From Verrucomicrobiota bacterium (GTDB lineage Bacteria > Verrucomicrobiota > Verrucomicrobiia > Limisphaerales > CANJSG01), in NCBI GenBank assembly GCA_038209745.1, contig JBBQXJ010000013.1:1-64000 (forward strand): DNA of 64,000 nt, given 5' to 3'. Positions 39,535-49,565 of the stretch are shown piece by piece; within the stretch, counting starts at the first letter, position 1, and every line of letters starts with the position of its first letter. Under the pieces are notes generated by a model. The model was given only the letters and a program-made list of their open reading frames with translations. It was not told the origin of the DNA and searched no databases. Both the position numbers and the translations under genes were made by a program.

Positions 39535-40230
39535 CTAGCCGCGAACGTGGCGCGCGGCCAGCGCGCGTGCCTTGACCACGGCCACCAGGAGCGCGGCCTC
39601 CGCCGATCCGAATACCGGCAGCGGTCCAGGACCGTCCTCCGACAACTCCACTTGGGCCGCACAACGGGTCTTCCCCGTGGCGGTCTCCGTGAATTCCTGG
39701 AGGGCGACGCGCAGCCGTTCGATCCGGGTTTCGTAGCGGTGTTCCAGTTCCCGGACTTCGCCGGCATGGTCCACCACGCTCCAGCGCCAGAGCGCGGGGC
39801 TCTGCCCGCCCACGCGTTCCAGGATCTCGTCGAACGAGCGTCCCGCCGTCGACGATTCCGGCTGGAACGGTTCCCGCGCCTCGAGTTGCAGTTCCCGTGC
39901 GTGCCGTTGGTGGAGGAGTCCGAAAAGCCTCGCTGCATTGGTTTCGTCGGAGACGTCGATCAAGGGGGATTCGGCCGAAAAGACTTCGACTCGCAGGCAG
40001 CACTCCACACTGCGGAGCCCGGTGTGACCGGGTGGGCGGCGATCACACTGCGCCCGGAGCCGGAGAACCTGCCCGCCATACGGACAATACGTGACGAATT
40101 CCGAACGCAGCAGCTTGGTCCCCGGGGCGGAGACGACATCGAAGACCTCGCAGGTCCACGGGAGATCGTTGAGCATCCCGTCGACAAGGAGTTGAAGAAT
40201 CGTTTCTGCCAAACGTGGTATCGGTGTCAT
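39535..40230 (-). CDS. hypothetical protein
   Basis: Best ORF filling the GH43-rapA gap, co-oriented with rapA; no recognised motif; start uncertain. Confidence 0.5.
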   Translation of the reverse strand: MTPIPRLAETILQLLVDGMLNDLPWTCEVFDVVSAPGTKLLRSEFVTYCPYGGQVLRLRAQCDRRPPGHTGLRSVECCLRVEVFSAESPLIDVSDETNAARLFGLLHQRHARELQLEAREPFQPESSTAGRSFDEILERVGGQSPALWRWSVVDHAGEVRELEHRYETRIERLRVALQEFTETATGKTRCAAQVELSEDGPGPLPVFGSAEAALLVAVVKARALAARHVRG

Positions 40231-40376
40231 GGGCGGAACAGGTCGACGATGATCGATGCACCCGATACGGCGATGCACCGACAGGACAAACGGTGCTCCC
40301 AATCCGGGTGCCGGGCCAACCAATTCGACCTGTTCTCCGCCCCCTGAAACAGGCTGAACACCGGCCGTCGCCACGG

Positions 40377-43256
40377 CTATTGCGGCCCTCGTTGGATAAG
40401 ACGGATGGCGTCCAGCCGCAGGCGCGCTCCGGACAGGTGCCGGTCGATCGCCGTCTTTTGAGCGACGAGCAAAGACACTTCCTCCGGACGGACGCTGCGG
40501 TTGATCTTCTGCAGTTCCGCGATGCGGACGATCTCATGGTCGAGCTGCGCGGCCATGGTCTTGCGCGCTCCCGCGACGAGCGTGGGAACCTGGCCGTTGG
40601 CGAGGGCTTCGGCCTTCTCCAACAACACAGGCAGAAGGTCTTCGCGGAATGCGGGCTGGTCGAGCAGCGCGTAGGTTTCGCCGTTCTTGAGATGCTTCTT
40701 CAACGTCTCGGAGGGCAGCGCGGTGCCCGCGTCGTTGCCCCGGTGATCCACGATGATCCGCAATGGGGTGGGCGGGAGAAAGCGGTCCACGTGCAGCGGC
40801 GACGGCGCGATGCACTCCAGCACGTAGACCGCTTCCAGGTAGAGTCCGGCGCCCTTCGCATCGGGCCATTTGGCGAAGCTGCTGTTGCCCTTCTCCGATC
40901 CGAGCAGCAGGTCGAGCGCGCCGGTCACGAGCGGATGGTCCCAGGTCAGGAACTGCACGTCTTCGCGCGAAAGCGCCTTCTGCCGATCGCCAGTCACGGT
41001 CATCCCTTCGGCCGGCAGTCCCGGAAACGATTCGGCGAAGACCCCGGCGGAACCCAGCTGGTAGGTGCGATGTGTCAGCTCTTCGATGTGGATCGCGAAG
41101 TGATCGAAAACATCGACCATGAACTTCTCCAATGTCGTGTCGGCGTCGCGCCGGGAAATCTCCCCCACCAGCCTGGCGGCGACTTCGGGCCGGAAGGAAT
41201 TCAGCTCCAGCAGCCGGTCTCGGCCCTGCTCCAGGCGTTCGGTCAGTTCGCGCCGGGCGGCCACCGTCTCTTTGATGAGAGATGCCAGTGCGGCAGCGTG
41301 CGCCGTCGCGCCGTCGTTGGATTCCAGCGCGAGATCGTGGACGCGTGGGCCGAACCGTTCGAGCAGTTCGCGCCCGCCGTGGAGGTTCTTCTCGAAGGAG
41401 TTCAACCCCTCGTGGAACCACTGGGCCAAGACCTCCTGCGCGCTGCCGGCCACGAAAGGCACATGGACCTGGATTTCCGAGGTCTGACCGATGCGGTCGA
41501 GCCGGCCGATGCGCTGCTCCAGAAGCTCCGGGTCCAGCGGCAGGTCGAAGAGGACGAGATGGTGGGCGAACTGGAAGTTGCGCCCTTCGCTGCCGATCTC
41601 CGAGCACAGCAGAATTCTCGCGCCGTCCTGTTCGGAGAACCACGAGGCATGGCGGTCGCGCTGCACGAGCGTCAGGCCTTCGTGGAAGGCGGCCATCTTC
41701 ACGTTGATCCGGCGGCGCAGGGCGACATCGAGTTCCTCCACCTTGGCCTGGGTGCGGCAGATGAGCAGGACCTTGTCCTCGCCGAGGCCGCGCAGCAGAT
41801 CCACCAGCCAGTCGACACGCGGATCCTTGTCGAAATCCGGATCGAAGAATTCGGCCGCTCCGACGTCGGTGTCGGCCGTGAATTCCTCGGCCAACGCATC
41901 GATCAACCCCGGCTGATCGGTCGGGGCCGGCAAAGCATGCAAGCGCGCGATCCGGCGGGGAAAGCCCGTGATGGTCGAACGCGTGTTGCGGAACATCACG
42001 CGGCCCGTGCCGTGACGATCAAGGAGCGAGTCGATGAGTTCCGCGCGGTCTTCAGGAAGTGGGGCAGGCGCCTCGCCTGCCAAAGTTCTCCGGCCGGGGG
42101 CGCCTGTGCCACTAAGCTCGGAGACTCCCTTCCCCAGAATCTCCCCAAGCCGCCGCCGCTCTTCGACATCGAGCGTCTGATGGTTGATCAGCTTGTCCGC
42201 GAGGCGCGCCACATCGCGGTAGCTCTCCGCTTCGTGGATGAATTCTCCCAGATCGTGGAACCGCGCCGGATCCAGCAGCCGCAGCCGCGCGAAGTGGCTG
42301 GCCATCCCGAGCTGTTCCGGCGTGGCCGTGAGCAGCAGCAAGCCGGGCGAGCGCCGCCCCAGCGCTTCGACCACCGCATAGTCGCGGCTGACCTTTTCCG
42401 GCGACCAGCCGAGGTGATGGGCCTCGTCCACCACCAGCATGTCCCAACCGGCGTCCAGCGCCTGTTGTAGACGCCGTTCGCTCCCGCTGAAGAGACTGAG
42501 ACTCGTCAGCACCAGCTGATCGTCGAGGAAAGGATTCGCCTCCGGATCGGTCGCCTCGATGGCCGCGCATCGCTCCTCGTCGAAGATGTGGAACCAAAGA
42601 TTGAACCGCCGCAGCAGCTCGACGAACCACTGGTGTACCAGGGAATCGGGCAACAGGATCAACACCCGCTGCGCGCGCCCGGTGAGGATCAGCCGATGCA
42701 GGATGAGACAGGCTTCGATCGTCTTGCCGAGACCCACTTCATCCGCCAAAAGCACGCGCGGCTCCAGCCGGCCGGACACCTCCGCCGCGATGTGGAGCTG
42801 GTGCGGGATGAGATCGATCCGTCCGCCGACAAAGCCGCGCACGGGCGATCGCCGACGCCGATGCTGATGCTGCAACGCCGCCAACCGCAGGTCGAAGACC
42901 TCGGTTGGATCCAGCTGGCCGGCGAGCAGGCGCTCCTCCGGTTTGTTGAAGCTGATGGAGTCGCTCAGATGCCTCTCGCACAGTTCGCGCCGATCGCCGC
43001 GATAGTGGATCAAGCCCGCCCGCTCCGAAACCGCCTCGACCGTCAACGCGACGCCGTCATGGTCCTTGATTGAATCGCCGACCCGGAACCGGACCCGCCG
43101 CAACGGCGCGTTGTCGGAGGCATACTGCCGCGTCTCGCCGCTGGCGGGGAACACGACCGTGACCGTGCGGTCCGTCATGCGGAGCACGGAGCCGAGCCCC
43201 AGTTCGGGTTCACTGTCGCTGATCCAGCGTTGGCCGGGATGGAAGGAGTTTTGCAT
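40377..43256 (-). CDS. rapA: RNA polymerase-associated protein RapA (HepA)
   Basis: FHPGQRWISDSEPELGLG, LLADEVGLGKTIEA, VVDEAHHL, CSEIGSEGRNFQF, EQRIGRLDRIGQ, FLTWDHP, terminal RLDAIRLI. Confidence 0.96.
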   Translation of the reverse strand: MQNSFHPGQRWISDSEPELGLGSVLRMTDRTVTVVFPASGETRQYASDNAPLRRVRFRVGDSIKDHDGVALTVEAVSERAGLIHYRGDRRELCERHLSDSISFNKPEERLLAGQLDPTEVFDLRLAALQHQHRRRRSPVRGFVGGRIDLIPHQLHIAAEVSGRLEPRVLLADEVGLGKTIEACLILHRLILTGRAQRVLILLPDSLVHQWFVELLRRFNLWFHIFDEERCAAIEATDPEANPFLDDQLVLTSLSLFSGSERRLQQALDAGWDMLVVDEAHHLGWSPEKVSRDYAVVEALGRRSPGLLLLTATPEQLGMASHFARLRLLDPARFHDLGEFIHEAESYRDVARLADKLINHQTLDVEERRRLGEILGKGVSELSGTGAPGRRTLAGEAPAPLPEDRAELIDSLLDRHGTGRVMFRNTRSTITGFPRRIARLHALPAPTDQPGLIDALAEEFTADTDVGAAEFFDPDFDKDPRVDWLVDLLRGLGEDKVLLICRTQAKVEELDVALRRRINVKMAAFHEGLTLVQRDRHASWFSEQDGARILLCSEIGSEGRNFQFAHHLVLFDLPLDPELLEQRIGRLDRIGQTSEIQVHVPFVAGSAQEVLAQWFHEGLNSFEKNLHGGRELLERFGPRVHDLALESNDGATAHAAALASLIKETVAARRELTERLEQGRDRLLELNSFRPEVAARLVGEISRRDADTTLEKFMVDVFDHFAIHIEELTHRTYQLGSAGVFAESFPGLPAEGMTVTGDRQKALSREDVQFLTWDHPLVTGALDLLLGSEKGNSSFAKWPDAKGAGLYLEAVYVLECIAPSPLHVDRFLPPTPLRIIVDHRGNDAGTALPSETLKKHLKNGETYALLDQPAFREDLLPVLLEKAEALANGQVPTLVAGARKTMAAQLDHEIVRIAELQKINRSVRPEEVSLLVAQKTAIDRHLSGARLRLDAIRLIQRGPQ

Positions 43257-43499
43257 TAACAACGGGAGGAGAGATTACCGCACCCCGTCGACCGAGGAAA
43301 ACATCCGGATTGAACCGCCAAGACCCAATCTTGGAAGACCTCAAAGAATCCCCTTCCCGGCGCAGCGCGGCTTTGCGACCGTTTTGTTGTGGAGTCAGGG
43401 GCGTTGGGGCCCGCATCGGGAGCGCGAGGCAGATCATGGCGTATTCACAAACCCCGGACGATCAAAACTGAACCGCCCTAAATTCTACCGCCAAAAGCC

Positions 43500-45491
43500 A
43501 TGCCTCTCTCCCAACAACACATCGCTTCCGCAACTCAACCCGGCGCCAATCTCGTCGCCAACGGAGCCACCTTCCGTGTCTGGGCACCCGCCGCGTTGGA
43601 AGTCTAGCTGGTCCTCGGTGACACCGGCGACATAGCACCGAACCAATGGCGGAAGTGTCCCACCGACCTTTCGGTGAAGGACGCCGCCGGCTATTGGAAT
43701 GGCTTTGTTCCCGGAGTGAAAGAGGGCGACGAATACCGCTTCTACGTGGTCGGCACCGGTGGCGAGGGCTTCAAGCGCGATCCCTACGCTCGCGAGCTCC
43801 AGATGGATGGCTACCCGAACTGCAACTGCATCGTCCGCGATCCCGCCGACTAAGTCTGGCACGATGCCGGGTTCCGCCCGCCCGCCTTCAGCGACCTCGT
43901 CGTCTACCAGTTCCACATCGGCGTCTTCTACGCCAAGGACGCCGCCGGCCACGACATCCGCCCCGGCCGCGTCTGCAAGATCCTCGATGTCGTCGACCGA
44001 ATCGAATACTGGGCCGACCTCGCCGTGAAAGCCGTCATGCCGCTGCCCTTCCAGGAGTTCCAGGGCGAGAACAGTCTCGGCTACAACGGCACCGACCTCT
44101 TCTCGCCGGAGATGGACTACTCCGTGCGCGCCGCCGATCTCGCGCCCTATCTCGCCCGCGTGAACCGGCTGCTGGCGAACAAGGGCCACGCGCCGATGAC
44201 CGCCGCCCAGCTCACCGGCCAGATCAGCCAGTTCAAGACCTTCATCGATCTCTGCCACCTCCACGGCATCGCCGTCATCGCCGACGTCGTCTTCAACCAC
44301 GCGGGCGGCGGCTTCGACGACCAGAGCCTCTACTTCCTCGACCGCGAGCCCGGACCCGACAACGACCGCAGCCTCTATTTCACCCGCGAAGGCCACGCCG
44401 GCGGCCTCGTCTTCGCCTAATGGAAACAGGAGGTCCGGCAGTTCCTCGTCGACAATGGGAAGATGCACCTCCTCGAGTTCCATCTCGACGGACTGCGCTA
44501 CGACCAGGCCACGGTGATCGACGAGAACGGCGGCTGGTCCTTCTGCCAGGACCTGACCAACACCCTCCGCTTCGTGAAACCCGAGGCCGTCCAGATCGCG
44601 GAATACTGGAACTACAATCCCGGCGAACGCTGGCGCGCCATCGCCCCGCCGCCCGACGGGATGGACTTCGATCTCGGCTATGGAGACGGTCTCCGCGACC
44701 AGATCCGCCGCGTCGTCCAGGAATCCACCGGCGGTTCCGGCGCACCCGTGAATCTCGATCCGCTGCGTGACGCGCTCTACACGACCTACCGAGACGGCGC
44801 CCGGTGGACCGTCTTCCAGTGCATCGAGAACCACGACCTGATCGACGACAGCCACACCGGCAACGACCGCCAACCGCGCATCGCCGCCCTGGCCGATTCG
44901 ACCAACTCCCGGTCGTGGTATGCCCGCAGCCGCGCCCGCGTCGCCAACGGCCTGCACCTCACCGCGCCCGGCGTGCCCATGATCTTCATGGGGCAGGAGT
45001 TTCTGGAGGACAAGCAATGGACCGATTGGCCGGGCAATCCCGGGCTGCTCACCTGTTGGGCCGGTCTCGACGGCGCGGACAAGGCGATAGGCGACCACCA
45101 CCGCTTCACCCGCGACCTGATGTGGCTGAGGCGAAAACACCCGGCCCTGCGCGGCGAAGGGCGGAACGTCTTCCACGTCCAAAACGGCAATCGCGTGATC
45201 GCCTTCCATCGCTGGATTCCCGGCACTGGCCGCGACGTCGTGATCGTGGCCAGCCTGAACGAAGGCACCTTCTACAACCACGGCTACCGGATCGGGTTCC
45301 CGACAGGCGGTCACTGGCACGAAGTCTTCAACTGCGACATCTACCACGGCTTCCTTAATCCAATCGCCCAGGGCAACCCCGGCGGCATCACCGCCGATGG
45401 CCCGCCTTGGGACGGCCTGCCGACCTCCGCCGGCATCACCCTTCCGGCGAACGGCCTGTTGGTCATTGCGCGGGACACGGGAGATTTCTGA
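43500..45491 (+). pseudogene. CBM48-GH13 glucan branching enzyme/trehalohydrolase-like gene with three in-frame stops
   Basis: Single frame from ATG 43500 to TGA 45491 (GATFRVWAP, RDPYAR, DVVFNH, DGLRYD, IAEYW, ENHD, PGVPMIFMGQEF), interrupted by TAG 43605, TAA 43851 and TAA 44418. Confidence 0.9.
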
Positions 45492-45569
45492 ATCCGGGTG
45501 GACGGAACTCTGATTCCGGCGCATCCGCGAAAGTTCCTAAGAAATCTCCGGCTCGGGTGTCGTATCGGC

Positions 45570-45992
45570 ATGAAGACGATTCTCCGCACTTTGGCGGTGG
45601 CGGTTCTGTTGACGGCGGCTCCCGTCCCCTGCTTCGCGATGAGGTCCATCGGTGTCGTCTCCACAAACGAAGCCAAGGCGATGGGGATCGAGGTCCGAGC
45701 GACGGCGGCCGGTCCGGATGCAGCGTGGCTGGAACTTGAGTTCAAACCCGAGAGCAGGCTGAAGAGCTTCGACCACGTGGAGTTGGAAATCCGTGAAGGA
45801 GACAAGATGCTGGTCGCCTATGCGGTCTTGGCCGAAAAGAGGTCCGCTTCGGGAAACATCGTTGTCCACTTCATGGCCAACCGCGCCTACCTCGACAAGG
45901 TCATCGTCATCGTGGTTACCGGCTTCCCCTCGAACTACGCCAACAACGAACTGCACATGAAGGACTTTGTGGATACGGCGAGGATCAAATAG
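45570..45992 (+). CDS. hypothetical secreted protein
   Basis: Signal peptide MKTILRTLAVAVLLTAAPVPCFA; beta-rich mature part. Confidence 0.75.
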   Translation: MKTILRTLAVAVLLTAAPVPCFAMRSIGVVSTNEAKAMGIEVRATAAGPDAAWLELEFKPESRLKSFDHVELEIREGDKMLVAYAVLAEKRSASGNIVVHFMANRAYLDKVIVIVVTGFPSNYANNELHMKDFVDTARIK

Positions 45993-46022
45993 ACCTCGCT
46001 CGAAGCTCTGGTTTCCCATGAC

Positions 46023-46568
46023 ATGAAAACCATTTCAAACCGCCCCATCCAGATTCTCATCGCTTGGAGCCTGCTCTTCACGACCCGTGACGCATTCGCT
46101 CTCGGGGCGGACCATCCGAATGATCGACCGGTGATCGGCTCGACCAATTGGCCGGCAGGGTTGGAAAAGCTGGTCAACTCCCCCAATCGGATTCACGGCT
46201 TTTTCGTAAACCAGCAAGACCTGTTCTTCTACTACGGCGACGCGGCCGCATTGTCGGCTTTCTTGAGGGACTATGCCGAACTCGACGGGATCGTGCAGAA
46301 GAGGTTGATCCAACGCGATGGTGTCGGCGAGGCGAAGTCGTCCTGGTCCAAGGAAGGAAAACCGTGTGACTGGCAAATCTACATCTCTCCAAAGAGCTGG
46401 CACAACATGGCCGAACTATCCAAGGGAGGGACGAATACCGCCGATGCGCTCCAGCAAGGGGCCCAAGAGCCGGGCTATTTGGTGGAGGTGCATGTCTGGA
46501 TCGGTGGTCGCAACGCCTTGGATCAAGTGGACATTCCAAAGAATGTCGAGGTGACGAAATCGAAGTGA
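46023..46568 (+). CDS. hypothetical secreted protein
   Basis: Signal-like N-terminus (AFA-LGADHP); co-oriented 30 nt after the previous gene. Confidence 0.75.
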   Translation: MKTISNRPIQILIAWSLLFTTRDAFALGADHPNDRPVIGSTNWPAGLEKLVNSPNRIHGFFVNQQDLFFYYGDAAALSAFLRDYAELDGIVQKRLIQRDGVGEAKSSWSKEGKPCDWQIYISPKSWHNMAELSKGGTNTADALQQGAQEPGYLVEVHVWIGGRNALDQVDIPKNVEVTKSK

Positions 46569-46705
46569 AGAAGCGCGCTCCCAGCCTGTCCACGAAGCCT
46601 GAGGGGAACCATTGAGCGGCGAACGCGTGGAAGGAGCCCCCGTTGAGTTGTCCACGCCCACGGGTCAGGCTAGAAGAATGCCCGGCTTTCACCGCATCGT
46701 TCCGC

Positions 46706-46788
46706 CTACAAACCGTGTTTCTTCCGCTTTGCCGCCAAGGCTTCGCGGAGTTTGGGGAGAGGGGGTCATCGCTTCGGCGGAGGCCTCC
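46706..46788 (-). pseudogene. displaced duplicate of the polX 3' end
   Basis: 46706-46759 matches 49566-49619 at 48/54 nt; encodes LPKLREALAAKRKKHGL* versus LPKLLEALSAKRKKHGL*. Confidence 0.9.
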
Positions 46789-46934
46789 GGGACGAGACCT
46801 CAAAAGCGATACGAAGGCGGCTTCTTCAATCTGACCGCCAAAGCGCGCTCCCCGGAGGCGGCAACGCCGAGCGCACCCGGAACGCCCCTCCAAAACGGAA
46901 ACGGGAAACGCAGAAACGGCCGGCCAGACAAAAC

Positions 46935-49472
46935 CTACTTCGAGGAATAGGTCGGCATGTCCACCCCGAACTTTTTGTCCGGGAGGCTCGCGACGACTTC
47001 GCGGTAGCCGTTCCCATCCCATACGATGATCTCCAGCGTCGTTTTCGGGTTGATGTCTCGCAGACGGGCGTATTCGGGGAAGCCATGGATCCTCGCGCCG
47101 TAGATCGCCACCACCACATCGCCTCGTTTCAGTCCCGCCTTCAAAAGCTCGGGACTCGACGCGGCGAAAATCGCCCCGTCTTTCGGAGGCCCCACAAGAT
47201 CCGACAGCGAGACTTTCTCGAGGGCCGGCGGCCTATACCGCTCCAAGACCGCCTTTAGACGTCCTTCCAGTCGGGGGCTCTGCGTCTTCCCAACATATCG
47301 GGAACAAAAGGACAGCAATGGGGAGGTCTTTCCGTATCGTTCTTCGAGATTCTCCAGCCATTTGAGGGATTCGAAGAGCTCGCCAACCCTCTCATGATAC
47401 CAGGCCTTCGCCTCAAGCCCCAGGGCCGAGTAAACTTCTCCGGCTTCGTCAGCCACCTTCTTCGCCTGCTTCTTGTCCCCCGTGTCCAAATGGTGATCGA
47501 TGAGGATTCTGGCGTAGCTTGCAGCCCGGACCCGATCTTTGGTCAATTGGTGTCCCTGCACCGCGAACTTGATCTGCTTCCCCTTGTCTCCGCGGTCGCG
47601 AAAGTAGTCCGAGAGGAGAAAATACCGGGCTGGATCCAACTCCGCCGCCTTGGAGATCAACCGTTCATACTCCTCGGGCTGAGCGATGGCGTATTTCGAC
47701 ACCCTCATGAGGGCGTGTGCCGAGTATTCCAGCAGCGGCCCATATAGCGCCTTGGCCTGATCGAAGGTGGCCGACCCGGAATACTTTCGATCGCACAGGA
47801 AATTGGCTATCGGATTGTCATACGGCGCCATCAAGTGCAGCTCTTCCACAATGGCGACCAGATCAGGCCGCTTGCCCAAGCTGGGATGCTCGGCCCGGGG
47901 GACAATATCGATGGCGGTTCCGGGGGGAGGGTTGTGCTTGTGCCACTCGCCGAGATGTGGATCTGAAAACGGCTCGTAGCTTTCGTTTCCAGGCCCGTCG
48001 CGACAGAGCCAGTTCCAGTTGTCGGGCGAAACCAGTTCCGGGTGCGCGACCACTACGGAAAAACCAGAATCCACTGCGAGATGGTAGTTGGTGCCATCGA
48101 CGGCAAATTGACGGAGGACGAACGGAAACAGCGTCATCTTTCCGAACAACCGGGTGGTCTTGTCCGAAAACGCCTTCGCTTCTTCGGGCGCACCCAACAT
48201 TCGATTGAGGAAGTCGAATCCTCCGACCAGAGAGTTTCCAATGTGCCGCTGGAAATACATCGCCCATGTGCCCCAGGAGATCACCCGAACGGTCCCGTTG
48301 GTCCCAAACATTCCGGTCTGCGGTGAATTGAGCGACTCGACCACAGGAGGATTCTTGTCCGTCGAACCGAAATATTCCCTATATACGTCGACCAGATCCT
48401 GCAGTTCGCCCTTCAATCCCTGCTGCAGAACCTGATGGCCCACTTCGACTGAAGAGCCGTCGGCGTTGGCCATCCGGCAATAATCCGGAAGCATCTTGAT
48501 GTCCTTTGGCGTGAGTCCTTCCCAGGCGGTGTCCATGCTGACGGCAATGGCTCGGGCCCGAAACCAGGCGATCTTCTCCATCCCCACAAGATTCGTCCTG
48601 GACCCAAGAGCACGATAATCGCGGGTGGCATGTGCGCGGATGATTCCGGCGAAGGCAGCGATGGGTGGACCGGCCGACGGCAACATCTCGATTCGCTTCA
48701 CGACTTCGGCCTCGTTCGATGCACATGACAAGCCGGCCAGCTCCGCCATTCGTCCGGTAAGGGACAGTCCAGCGGGGGACAGGAATTCTGCCACTGTCAA
48801 ATGCGCGGCCAGCTGGCAAAGCTCGGTTCGGACGTCGGAGAACATTCCGGAATTCTCCTTGAGGGCCAGCACGCCGAGAATCCAGGACGCACGCTCGTGG
48901 AGTTCCGGAGCGGCAAAATCCCGGCCCAACAGTTCCGAAACGATACGGCTCTGCTTTTCAAGCGACGTATCCTTGCCATCCAGAAGCTCGGCGAATCCCT
49001 TCGGTGCACCTTCCGTCTTCGGCTCGCGCTTAACGGGGTGCCACTCCGCCAGTCCGGCAATGTTCGTGAAGGCGCTCGTGTAGGTCTGCCGGGCCCAAAC
49101 GTCGTCAACCTTAAGGACGAACTTCGACTCTCTTCCCCCAATCCGAACAGCCACGTCATAGACGGGATGGCGGAAAGTCGAATCGGACCGCTCAACAAGA
49201 GAAACGCCAACTTGATCGGTGGCGGGTGCCGACCCCGTCGCTCCGAATATCGCCATGCCGACGAGCTGCCGGATGGTTTCGTGGACGATGAACTGGGTCT
49301 CGTCCTTGTAGGAGGTCTTGAAGAAGCCATCCGCTTTCGGCGCCTGCTTCGACAAACCGACCGACGACTGTTCCGAAGTTCGTTTTCCGCACCCGATAAA
49401 CAGCCATGAGATCGACAGAGCACACGCGATGCTCAAGTAGCTGCGGCAAGCGATCGAGCGGCTTCGACTCAT
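46935..49472 (-). CDS. large hypothetical lipoprotein, TPR-like helices + C-terminal PDZ-like domain
   Basis: LFIGC lipobox; helical repeats; SSPELLKAGLKRGDVVVAIYG PDZ-like segment; visibly more A/T-rich than flanking genes. Confidence 0.78.
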   Translation of the reverse strand: MSRSRSIACRSYLSIACALSISWLFIGCGKRTSEQSSVGLSKQAPKADGFFKTSYKDETQFIVHETIRQLVGMAIFGATGSAPATDQVGVSLVERSDSTFRHPVYDVAVRIGGRESKFVLKVDDVWARQTYTSAFTNIAGLAEWHPVKREPKTEGAPKGFAELLDGKDTSLEKQSRIVSELLGRDFAAPELHERASWILGVLALKENSGMFSDVRTELCQLAAHLTVAEFLSPAGLSLTGRMAELAGLSCASNEAEVVKRIEMLPSAGPPIAAFAGIIRAHATRDYRALGSRTNLVGMEKIAWFRARAIAVSMDTAWEGLTPKDIKMLPDYCRMANADGSSVEVGHQVLQQGLKGELQDLVDVYREYFGSTDKNPPVVESLNSPQTGMFGTNGTVRVISWGTWAMYFQRHIGNSLVGGFDFLNRMLGAPEEAKAFSDKTTRLFGKMTLFPFVLRQFAVDGTNYHLAVDSGFSVVVAHPELVSPDNWNWLCRDGPGNESYEPFSDPHLGEWHKHNPPPGTAIDIVPRAEHPSLGKRPDLVAIVEELHLMAPYDNPIANFLCDRKYSGSATFDQAKALYGPLLEYSAHALMRVSKYAIAQPEEYERLISKAAELDPARYFLLSDYFRDRGDKGKQIKFAVQGHQLTKDRVRAASYARILIDHHLDTGDKKQAKKVADEAGEVYSALGLEAKAWYHERVGELFESLKWLENLEERYGKTSPLLSFCSRYVGKTQSPRLEGRLKAVLERYRPPALEKVSLSDLVGPPKDGAIFAASSPELLKAGLKRGDVVVAIYGARIHGFPEYARLRDINPKTTLEIIVWDGNGYREVVASLPDKKFGVDMPTYSSK

Positions 49473-49565
49473 AATATCAGCTGGGGTTAAGAACGTCCTG
49501 GCGGGTTGCGGAGAACCGCCCTGAATTCATCAAATCCCGCAAGATTGGTCCAGATTCAAATCATC

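Noticed and set aside
43500..45491. Genome-wide reassignment of TAA/TAG to Tyr
   Set aside because: Conserved genes in the window end normally at TAA/TAG (dapB, recN, gap, polX, rapA), and no other gene shows internal stops.
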